From: Gnetum montanum
Lineage: Eukaryota; Plantae; Gnetophyta
Reading direction: 5' to 3'
DNA: 64,000 nucleotides
NCBI GenBank assembly: GCA_015680685.1
Contig: MNCI01002312.1
Location: 288,655-352,654 of the forward strand
The notes under the pieces: model-generated
The model's input: only the letters and a program-made list of their open reading frames with translations
Told to the model about the DNA's origin: nothing
Database searches by the model: none
Program-made: the position numbers and the translations under genes
Shown: positions 37,682 to 49,234 of the stretch, piece after piece
Numbering within the stretch: position 1 is the first letter of the stretch
How the letters are laid out: the number at the start of each line of letters is the position of its first letter

Positions 37682-40600
37682 TGTGGAAGATGATGTGTAG
37701 ATGTTCTACATTATTAGGAGATTGATCTCATCCTTTTATTTATTCTAAATAAGATGAGATCCTAGTTGTCCATGCTTATTCATATCCATGATTATCTCAT
37801 CCATAAATAAGATGATAAGGATCATTCCCATGATTTTATAGACTCATGCTTATCTCTTCAAATCCATTCTTGGAAGGATCCAAGTCTATATAATTGTAGC
37901 AACACATATTCATAAACATAGCCCTTTAGATTCAGATAGTATAGATATTCATAATTTCTATTTGGCATAGATAGTAGATCCAGATCCCTTTAGATTCAGA
38001 TTTCTCATTTGATATTAGAGCTTAGTTAGCTCAAATTCTTGAGAACAGATCTCTCCAAAATGGCCCAAAATAATGGATTTGTGTCTCTCCAAATTATTGT
38101 ATTCAATGGAGAAAATTATGAATATTGGGTAATCAAGATGAAGACATTTATGATCTCACAAGATCTATGGGATATTGTTGAAGGTGGATTTCAAGATGCT
38201 GATCAAGAAACATTTCAATCCCTGATAGAAGATGAAAAGAATGAAGTCAAGAAGTTTTTTAAGAAAGATGCAAAAGCATTATTCATCATTCAATTTGGGT
38301 TAGATCTAACAATCTTTCCCAAAATCTTCATGCATCCAACAAGAAAAGCTACATGGGATGCACTAGAGATTGCATACAAGGGATCATTAAAAGTTCATGT
38401 TGTCAAGCTACAAGCTTTAAGGAAAGATTTTGAATCGTTGCACATGCTAGATTCAAAGAATATTGATCAATACATCAACCGATTTCAACAAGTTCGAAAT
38501 GGACTTGAATCTTGAGGAGAAACGTTTGAGGAAAGGTATGTTGTTGAAAAGATCCTTTGAAGTGTAACCCGACGATATGATCCCATCATCATGGCTATTG
38601 AAGAAGCAATAGATCTCGATAAGATGACCATGGTTGAGCTCGTAGGAAGCTTGAAGACATACGAGCAAAGAATTTTTAATCGTGAGGATTCAATAGCAAA
38701 TGCATTTCAAGCACAATTCTAGAGATCATTCAATAAAAATCAAAATCAAAGATCCTCAAGTGTATCCTCATTTAGAGGATGTGGATGCAATCATGGTAGA
38801 TCCAGAGGTTGTGGTCATAGAAGATCAAATCAATCAAATGAAAGTAAGCATTGTGATTTCTATGGTACCAACACCCACAATACTCATGAATGTTGGTCTA
38901 GGAAGAAGCATGAAAAGAAAGGCAAAGAAAAAATTGTAGAAGATGAAGATCACCATAAGAATCACCAAAAAGGTGAGTAATTGTTTTATACTAAAGAGGA
39001 GGAAGATCACTTCCTAATCTCTACAAAGGTATCAAATGCTAGCAACAACAACACGTGGTATGTTGATAGTGGGTGCAGCAATCACATGACTAGGAAAAAG
39101 AAACTCTTCTTAAGTTTGAAAACATATGATGGAAATGTCACCATAGGTAATGGAAAGAAGTTAACCATTGTTGGGATTCGATCGCTTGCCTTCACAACCA
39201 TGCAACGTAAAAACTATGTTATTTCCCAGATCTACTTTGTTCTAGATCTTCCAAAGAATTTATTAAGTGTGGGACAATTATGTCACAATGGGTATCGTGT
39301 TGCATTTGAAAAGAACGTTTGTAAAATCTCTAAGGCTGATGATGATAAGGGTATTGCTATTATCCCTATTAGCAAAAATCAAATGTATAAGTTGCAAATA
39401 CAAAAGGATGTTCAATGCCTCACTATTAATGACAACGGTGCTCAATTAGGACATGTCAACTTTGGCTCAATGGATTGCATGCAGAAAGAAGGACTCATCA
39501 AAGGTATGCCAAAATTTTCTTTGTCCAATAGTCATGATTGTGGCATATGTCAACTAGGAAAAATCACAAGATTGTCGTTTCCTAGAAAAGAACATAGATC
39601 TCAAGAAAAATTAGATCTAGTTCATATGGATTTATGCGGTACCATGCAAGCATTGAGCCTAAGCAAAAACCACTATATGTTAATCATCATGGATGATTTT
39701 TCCAGATTTTATTGGGGTTATTTTATGAAATTAATAGATCAAACATTGGGATTTTTTAAAGAATTCAAGGTGGTAGTAGAAAATCAAAGTGGAAATACAA
39801 TCAAGAAAATCCGAATAGATCGTAGTAGTGAATTTTTGTCCCAAGAATTTGAGGAATTCTACAAGAAGAATGGAATTATTCATCAAACTACCACATCCTA
39901 TACACCCCAACAAAATGGAGTAACTGAAAGGAAAAATAGAATTGTGGTTGAAATGGCTAGGTGTTTACTGCAACTATCAAACATAGAGGATATGTTTTGG
40001 GTAGAAGCTTGTGCAACATCAATTTATCTTTTAAATAGAGTGCCCTCCAGATCAATTCACAATAAAACACCCTATGAATTTTGACATGGTCATACACCTA
40101 ATATTTCATATTTGAAAATATTTGGTTCACGCTGCTATGTGCACATCCATGCCCAAAACAAACAAAAATTAGATGGCAAAGCTATGCCTTGTATTTTCGT
40201 TGGATATTCTCCCACATCTAAAGCTTATAGGTGCTATGATAAAAACAATCACAAGGTCGTTGATTCCTGTGACGTCAATTTTCTGGAACATGACTACATT
40301 GACCACAATCTATTTTTTCCATTAACAAAAATGTTTTCTGCAGGCCCTAGCATTAGCACATTTTTTGAGCACCCTCCAAGCTATTGTCTTTCCAATGCCA
40401 AACCCACTCCAACAACACTAGGCTAGCACACATCTTGAAACTCTTCTACTAGAGAGGGGCATCCTTCCCAGAATCACAAACACCATAGGAATTGTGTGAC
40501 TCCTAGGCCCCAATGGCCCCCTATTTCCATAGGGTCTTCCTTGCCTATTTTCCATGTGCTGGTGCCTCTCCTTCCTCACCAGTGCTCCCTCCATTCTGTG

Positions 40601-43060
40601 CAACAACGACCAGGCATCAATTTCGGTGCCCCAGCTCCACATTTTTTGGTTCCCGAGTCATCACTCCCTCCAACTACCAATTCCGTTATTTTGGCAGCAT
40701 CCAATCTACATTTCTTGCATCCGCCAGCATACAATCCATCCTTTTTGAACTCCCTTCCATCCATCATTATATCCAATGCTGCTCCCTATGGGCCTCTAAC
40801 TCCACATGCTTCTGTGTCGACATCTACACAAATTTTCCTTCCTCTTTCTACTTCATTTTTTGCAGAAACACCCTCCCTAATCCGATCAGTAGCCGCACCC
40901 TCCCAGATCCTTCCCTCTGCACCAGCCATAACTCCTCCCCAGTGGTCTCCTTCTTCTTCACAGGTGTCTCTCTCTCACCCAGCCTCCCAAATGCTAGATC
41001 TGAATTTTCACTGCCGCCTAACCCATAGTCATTCTTACCAACACCATGTCTAACCAACCCAGGGTGATGTAGACATTGCCATTACTCTCTTCTCCAACAT
41101 GGGTGATGACTTCTATGCGTTGCTTATGCCGATGGGTGGGAGCTCTGATGGTCTAGAAAAACCATCCACCATCGTTGAAGCTGCGATAGATGATCATTGG
41201 ATTGCAGCAGTGGAACGTGAGCTACAACAAATCAATAAAAACAACACTTGGAGTCTAGTTCCTCATTTGTCCGATAAGCCTATCATCGACTTAAAATGTA
41301 TATTCAAACTCAAGAGAAATCAATATGATAAACTAGACAAATTCAAAGCTCACCTAGTTGCCAAGGGCTATCTCCAACAACAAGGCAAAGACCTTGATGA
41401 CAACTTTGCTCTCGTTTCACGAATGGAATATGTGAAAATATTTTTAGCTATTACTGCACAAGTTGGCTATGTGGTATATCAACTGAATGTGACATCTGCA
41501 TTCCTCAATGGCATTCTAAATGAAGAAGTCTATGTGGAACAACCCCTAGGTTTCATTGATAAAGGAAAACAAGATCATGTGTACAAGCTTCATAAAGCTT
41601 TGTACGAGCTCAAGCAAGCTCCACATGCATGGTATGGACGTATTCATTCATTTTTCATCTAAGAAGGGTTCATCCATCTTCAATCCCAAACTACAATTTA
41701 CAAAAAGGTATTTGGAGATGATTTTATTTTTGTCTATCTATATGTAGATGATTTAATTTATTTTTCATCTACAATTGCATTAAGAAATGATTTTCTTAAT
41801 CCTATGCAAAATTAGTTTGAAATGTCTGATCTAGGGAAAATTTCATATTTTTTGGGTTTTTAAGTAATCCAGAGAACAAAATCCATTTCCATATGTCAAA
41901 TGAAATTTTCCTGATCCTTACTTGAGAAATTTGGCATGATTAATAGTAATTCCTCAGACACACAACTCTCCCTTGGTATAAAACTTAACAAGAATGATAA
42001 ATCTACTTTAGTTAATCTATCACTATACAGATCCTTAGTTGGTGTTTTATTGTATCTCTCCAATACTCATCTAGATATTCAATATGTTGTCAATTACCTT
42101 TCTTGATTCCTACAAGATCCACATGAATCACATTGGAAAGTTGCAAAACAAGTTCTACGTTACCAAACTACAACAAACTTTGGGATCACATTCCATCGAC
42201 ATACAAACTTCAAGGTATGGGGATACATTGATGCAGATTGGGGAGGCGCCCTTGATGATCGAAAGTCAACTTCTAGTTTTTATCTCTTCTTTGATCCATT
42301 GCTCATCTCTTGGGGATCAAAGAAGCAGTCTTCAGTTGCACTCTCAACAGCCGAAGCAAAATACATAGCTGCATCAAGTGCTGCTTCTCAAGCCATATGG
42401 ATTCACTCTATTTTCACTGAAATGAGATTTACACTTGATCCTCCCATTTGCTTATACTGTGATAGCACAAGTGCTATTGCAATGGCTCACAATCCAGTTC
42501 AACATGGGCATACCAAGCACATTGATATCAAGCATCACCATCGCAAAAGCCTGATCCAAGACAACATCCTCAACATGGAACATTGTACAAATGAAGCACA
42601 ACTAACAAATATTTTTACCATGATTCTGAGCTATGAGAAGTTTGCATCCTTCAGAGACCTCCTTGGAGTGGAACCCCTTACCATCATGGGGGGGGTTTTG
42701 AAAGATGATGTGTAGATGTTCCACATTGTTAGGAGATTGATCTCATCCTTTTATTTATTCTAAATAAGATGAGATCCTAGTTGTTCATGCTTATCCATAT
42801 CCATGTTCATCCATACCCATGATTATCTCATCCATAAATAAGATGATAAGGATCATTCCCATGATTTTAGAGACTCATGCTTATCTCTTCAAATCCATTC
42901 TTGGAAGGATCCAAGTCTATATAATTGTAGTAGCACATATTCATAAACATATAGATTCTGGATTATCATATTGTAAGTGTGTTTTTTGTTCTAACAAAGT
43001 TCTTTAATTTCTGTTTAGCATAGATAGTAGATCGAGGGCCCTTTAGATTCAGATTTCTTA
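37682..43060 (+). mobile_element. Full-length decayed Ty1/Copia element (Ivana/Ale-like), LTRs 37682-38007 and ~42697-43060
   Basis: TSD GCTTG at 37677-37681 and 43061-43065; decayed Met PBS tgatattagagc at 38010; G-run PPT at 42688-42695. Confidence 0.93.
38060..42715 (+). pseudogene. Copia gag-PR-INT-RT-RH polyprotein with stops and frameshifts
   Basis: FNGENYEYW..SQDLWDIVE; WYVDSGCSNHM; LVHMDLCG..TPQQNGVTERKNR; KAHLVAKGY..SAFLNG..YVDD; ISWGSKKQSSVALSTAEA..TKHIDIKHH. Confidence 0.93.
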
Positions 43061-43403
43061 GCTTGAAGCCATGGGTTCAATTCTAGTGAATACTGAGTTA
43101 TATAAAATTCAAAGTGTATCTATGTTTAATTTATTAAAGAAAAAAACATTTAAAATAAATTTTATAATAAATGAAAATACAAGAACAAGGTTATGACAAG
43201 ATAAACTAATTCACCGTAAATAAAGCATCCATGATAGAAAATTTATTAGTCACCGTTTATTGAATGTTACACTGAAAGCCAGTAGGAATGACCAACGCGC
43301 TGGATAACGGCACTTAAGAAGCACTGCAAACACTCGACTACTTAAACTTTTGGTTGCAAATTTTTGGTTATACAAAATGATAACCATATCGTGATTCATT
43401 CTT

Positions 43404-46111
43404 TCAACGTAATTCTAACTCGCTAAGGCAGTAATACACAACACAAGGGCGTTCATGGTTGTGGGTACCCTCATACGTGGTTATCACGATGTTGCCATCC
43501 ATGGGATCTCTTTCAATTCTCTTCCTGACTGTGCAGCTTCTTTCTAAGCATCTGTAGTAGTTTCTGCACAAGAAAGTTTAATTACCATGAACTAATGCTA
43601 TCACCATGAACCAATGAAACAATTAGTCAAGAAAATATTAAAGAATACCCGTTATACAATAAGGATTCTTCACTGTTAGTTTTTTACATTCTAAATATGT
43701 TTGCTAATCCTCAAGCTTTGAAGGGGTTGATAAAAGTCTTTTTGATAACTGGGTTAACACCAAAATATGGATAACGTAATTTTAATAAAAGTATTAATAG
43801 TGATGAATTAGAAATAATAATTTAAAGACTAAAATATCCATCATTGTTACTTTGGGTAAATGCTTCAATTAGATTATAAAGTTGATAAAATGTACTAGAA
43901 ATAGGATTGACTTAGGACAATTAAAAACTTTAGATGCAGACATGCTAAGGTGTTGATGAATAGTTGGATGGCTAGCCACATACCCTCCATGCAACTACTG
44001 CTTGGTTTGAAAGCCCAGGTTATACACCATTTGCACCTTAGGTGCCAACACAGTTATTTCATTTCAGAAAAGAAAATGGCTACATGCTTATTGTACACTA
44101 TCAAAAAAAGAATTCCAATAAAACTTTTTAAAAAGTTTTAAGAGAGAGATAAAAGAGACTTGCTATTTTATATAGTGTGCTAATGCTTCGAAAAAGTGCC
44201 ATGAGCATTAAGTGACACAGGGGTTGGGGATTGTTATGGTAAACTCTAAAAACCACAAAAAATATTAATAAATAGTAATAATACATTCACATCATTGATA
44301 CCTTGGTTCATGACCAAGATAATTAGATATAAAATACATGACATCATAGTTTCAAAACACCATGAACAACACTGAAGAGAGAAAGGAAAGGTTCATAACC
44401 AGCAACAATACATTCATGACCAAGATAACCTAGGTGTTGCAAGTCTTAGGTACTTAGAAACTTAGAAATGCAAAAACCTAAATCAAAGAAGTAATAGGTG
44501 TATTAAGCTAAATTTAGAGAAGCAGAAATGTGATTCAGAGATGCAATGGCTATGTTAAGCCAAATTTGAAAATGCACCAAGAAATGCAAATGAGACATGG
44601 TGTATAATATAAATCTTAAATTTATAAATATAATAAATAAAAAATATGTGTAATGCATACTCTTTAAAAAAAATTTAACAAAATGTTTTATCTAAAGTAA
44701 AAGTTTCATTCTATTTTGAAATCTGTTAGAGGTTCCGAAACTTAAAGAGGGTGCAAATTTTTGCAAAAAAGGTGAATCCATGGCACATACAAAAGAATCA
44801 AATATAAAGTACAAAAGAATCATAGCTTCAAAAAAATTATGAGATAAAAAGAAAGGCTAAATGATTTTAGCATGCAGGTTTTTAGGCATACATGGATGCA
44901 AAATACCAAACAAATTTCACAGTGCATATATGAGAGGAAGACTAGAAGTGCTTTTCTAAATAAAAATGGCATCTTACATGGTATGGTTGATTCAAAAAGC
45001 TCAAATACTAAACTACCCAACAAATTCCAATAAAATAGAAAGAAAGTTTTACAATGTGGTGATGAGTTTTACTATTTTACATGGGAATGTTTGGGCCTTC
45101 AAAATCTATCATAAATAATAAATCGATGCGATCATACATACCAGAGAAGCACCCAGAATGGCTTTCTATGATAGTATAGTAAGGTTAAGACAAGGTTGAG
45201 GGAATCTTAGATGGTATGGCTTGGTCAAAGAAGATAGACACGAAAGTGAATAAACGTCTCAGACGTTACGAAACAAAGTGCCCGCAAGGTTAGTGCACCC
45301 GTAATAGCAAAAAATGGTATGGTTTGGTCAAAGAAGATAGACACTAAAGTGAATAAACTTCTCACAGTGCACCGATAATAGCATCAAACTTGCCTCTTGA
45401 TTAAAACAAGAACATCAGTATATCTGGAATATTTGAAAGGCTAAAACGATAGTGATTACCACATCTGTTTTATATCTGCCTTTAGGACAAACGCTTTTCT
45501 TGAAGCATAGCCATAGGTATTGAAACAAAGAAATCGATTTTAAACACTTACCTGGGAAATGGACTTCCTTTGACTGGCTTCTTGCCGTACTTTCGCCATT
45601 TGTAACCATCCTCCATGACCTCCTTCTCAGATCTGGTCATGAACACAAACTTCGGTCCGCTTTCTCTGCTCCTCCTCATTCTTTTCTTCTCTGTAACAAC
45701 ACACCTAAAAACAGGCAAACAAAACATCTAATTTCGTTTCCAAAAAATAGACAAAAACTTCGTTGCTGTCAAGAACATGCATGAAGAAAAGCGATCTTAC
45801 AGAGGAGCAGTTTCTGATTCTGTCAAAGGCTCATGAAGATGATTCTTCTTTATCATCCCTTCTTCTTCTCCAGGGTGGCCTCCAACTTTAACCAGAGACT
45901 GCTGCTGCTGAACCTCCTCCTGATTCAGGTTATTTTCAGAATAACCCAACATGATACATGGCTCATCTGCATCCTTTCCAGTAAACCTGCAACTGCAGTT
46001 GGTTGCATCATCATGATTAGTATCACAAAGCAGTCCTTCCCACAGATGGTTCAGCTCCTCCATTTTAAATGGATGTAAGAATATTGAATATAGATCTGTG
46101 GATACAGACAT
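43404..46111 (-). CDS. WRKY: WRKY transcription factor, single domain, WRKYGKK variant, group IIc-like; join(46111-45801, 45704-45552, 43563-43404), 207 aa
   Basis: Exon 2 FVFMTRSEKEVMEDGYKWRKYGKKPVKGSPFP; conserved phase-2 intron in the R codon (cccAG/gtaagt..cag/A); exon 3 NYYRCLERSC..ITTYEGTHNH (C-X4-C-X23-H-X-H). Exon lengths 311+153+160 keep frame. Start codon less certain. Confidence 0.93.
45211..45365. repeat. ~50-bp direct repeat inside WRKY intron 2
   Basis: atggtatggYttggtcaaagaagatagacacKaaagtgaataaacKtctca at 45211 and 45314. Confidence 0.85.
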
Positions 46112-47228
46112 AAGGAAAATGGGTTTTTATAATGAGCTAAATCATTCACCTCAAGTTCATAGGTAAGCAAACGCGTAACCTCTGGTTTGAACCCAATCTT
46201 CAATCTTAAGAAATAAACACATTATATGATGATTCCTGAACAAAAAACAGATTAGCATGACCGGGTCTTGCCGTGAATGAGAGAAAGGGGGGCAGGAATT
46301 TAAAAACCCATCAGTGTCTCCTCTCCTTTTGCAATTTCTCCATTGTTTCCCACTTTCTCCTGAAACAGAAACAACATCGCTGCTTCTCCGTTTACTTGAA
46401 ACTTGACTTAAGTCGTGGTCGTCGTGAAATCTTCTCCATTAGGATTTACGTAATTTGTGAGGGTGGGCATGATAACTACTTTATCTCCATTGTAATCAGC
46501 GGCAGAGTTACCCGAAACGGAAACGGGGCAACCTGACGGCAACGCAACGGAAACCGCAAAAAATTAGGTTGTGAAATTCACTACTACATGTTAATAATAA
46601 AAAAATCCCTCAAAGACAAGCTTACTATGTTTAACTTTGAAGAGATGGACTTTAAGAATGAGAAGCTGATATTTTACAGAATATGAATTACAGTGATTGA
46701 ACTTTACTGTAATAAGAACTCTGACTTAAAGAAGAGAATCTCAGTAAAACTAACCACATATAGAGTTGACGAACGATTTATGGTTATGGACAGCAATGCA
46801 GAAGCAACAGCAATGGCCGTGGATAGCGATGCAGAAAGAAGCAGTAGCAATAGCAAGATCAGCATCATTAACATGCTATTGCCATCCTCGCCATACAAGT
46901 GGCCCTAAATTATTTTTGGTCCATGTTTACTGTTTCACACATTCAATTCGCTGCAGACCTGCATTTAATTCGGGATAGATGCAATAGTTGAGAATAAAGC
47001 ATGGTATCCTTTCGTTTCTTATCTTTGAAACCATAAAATTAAAAAATAAAATCAAAGGAAATAAAACGGGTTAAAAACGTTTTATTCTCCTCAGAAACGT
47101 TTCGCCCAGCAAGTGACGGTGTTCATGGCAACGGCGTTTTGAAACAGGATCCCGTTTCTGCAAAGAAAAACGTGAAACTTTATGAATCCGTTGCATTTTT
47201 AGCAACATAGATCAGCGGGACTGTCAAT

Positions 47229-47252
<24 letters not shown>
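47229..47252. repeat. (TA)12 microsatellite
   Basis: Directly visible. Confidence 0.95.
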
Positions 47253-47259
<7 letters not shown>

Positions 47260-47379
47260 TAAAAATCCAGGGTATCAAAGCAGAGTTCTGCAAAGAGGAG
47301 AAACTCCAAATCAATAAAAAGAAAAGATTTAGGATCAGTGGAATTATGAAAGTTAAATATGCTTGGAACAATAAGTTAT

Positions 47380-47488
47380 TAGCTTTGTGGTAAGGGTCAT
47401 GGCTTAGTAACCCTGAACCCTGATCTTGTCCTGGTAACCTTAGGTCATAAGTTCAATTCTACTGAGTTATAAGTTGATTTATAAAAAA
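47380..47488 (+). mobile_element. Putative SINE remnant upstream of WRKY
   Basis: tagctttgtggtaag (box A-like) .. agttcaattctactgagttata shared with 43074-43102, A tail. Confidence 0.4.
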
Positions 47489-49234
47489 TTGGTAAAAGGA
47501 ATTCTGATATTGGTCGGATAAATTAAAGGGTATCACTGAGCCTAAATAAAAATTTCAGTTCCAATTTTCATTTTTTGGCTTTTCTTTGTATTTTTAAAGA
47601 TAAAAAAATTTGAATTCTATGTGTGTAGGGACTATCTACTAAAGGTGCTTATTTCTCATGTTAGGATTGGGAATCAAGTCTTTCTAACTATTTTCAATAA
47701 CGTTACGCTTTACCTCATCAATCAACTTCTAAAAGCTCAAAAATATCGATTCTACAAATGCCAACCTATGCCAACCTGGATGTTACTTCAGAGCCATTGT
47801 CCCAAGATCCTCTGAAAAATGTTATTCGAGAGTTATCTTATGCTCCAGAAGATTATTTTCCAGATTATCACACAGTTCTGAATGCTAATAGACCCACATA
47901 TTAAATATGAAAGCTGATGACGGATAGCTGCGTGGCCCAGACTCTTTCAGAGCAGTGAACGCTTGGTTTTTTGAAATCTGGTTCCACGTGTCTTGTTCAA
48001 TTCAATCTTTTGATCTCGCAGTCAACCAAAGTGGAAACGTAAGAAGAATAAATGGATTCTTGCGCGTTGAATAGCCTCCTATGTCTGACAATGGTTGGTT
48101 GAAATATTGAAAATTGGTGCGTCACCGTGTGAACGGAAGAAAGGTATCCAGCACTCGCTGCAACAATCAAAATCATGGATGTCAGACGCCGCCTTTTTAG
48201 CGGTCAAGCACACAATTTTTACGATGGAACATTCGACAGGGCCGCAGACCATACTTTTTCCCTTGTTTTTGTCCCCGTGTGTACGTTTCCTTCGTTTGCT
48301 GGACCAGAAGCCGAATTTGTTGACATATTTACCGACATCAAATTAAATGGAAATGGAATGGAAATGAGCTTTCATGTTAGAAGTCACAAGTCCCAATTTT
48401 AATGAGCTTTCATCTCGTACTTCTAAGTTAAAGTTGAATACTAATCAGTTGTTTTATTGTTTGCAACCTTGGAGCAGATACACCAACTCGTGCACTCTTT
48501 CCAATCTCGATTTTCTACATCGACGTGTGTTATCATCATAATTTTGAGCATTTTGAGCTCTTTGTTGTTCTCCTGGTCTTATAAACTCGCAGTTCTTAAG
48601 GATTCCCAGCATTAGGTAGCTCTTTGGCATGTACTCCCTTCTTCGGCATGTACTCCCACACCCTGAAAAAGATTATGTTTCAAGATGTTTTCTTTAAATT
48701 GCACAATATAGATATTATAAAAAGACTTCTAAAGGTTTCTATTTGATATAAGTTATAAAAATGGTGTCTTAGATAATTTAGACATGTATAAAAAAGATTG
48801 ATAAACTTATACATGAAGACTTTGAGTGATTTGTATTTCATATAAGCTACAAAAATAGTGTCTTAAATGGTTTAGGTACATGCAAAAAAGATTAGATAAT
48901 AAACTTATCAAAGAACATTGATATATTACTATTTTAGCAAAGCCAAATGAATAGAAGATCAAAAAAGACAAGAAAAATTATTGGAGATGACCTGAAGAAA
49001 TTGCAAATAAACAAGAGTGTATCTCTTCATTAAGATAAATGGCCAAAGAGAACTCATGTAACCAACCGCATTTTGTTGAGACAAGGCTAGGATGATGATG
49101 ATGATACGATGACAATGATTCAATTTCATAATTAGATTCTACAACTACAAAGAATAAAAGTTTCATAGTAAGGTTTTCTTTTCTCTTCTTTGAATTTTAA
49201 TAAATTGATAGTATAGTGGTACAAAAATTAACTT

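Noticed and set aside
46311-46343. uORF MEKLQKERRH* ahead of WRKY
   Set aside because: Transcription start unknown and short ORFs are expected by chance.
46693-46978. Overlapping short ORFs upstream of WRKY
   Set aside because: Low-complexity AGC-rich sequence, no recognisable domain or splice support.
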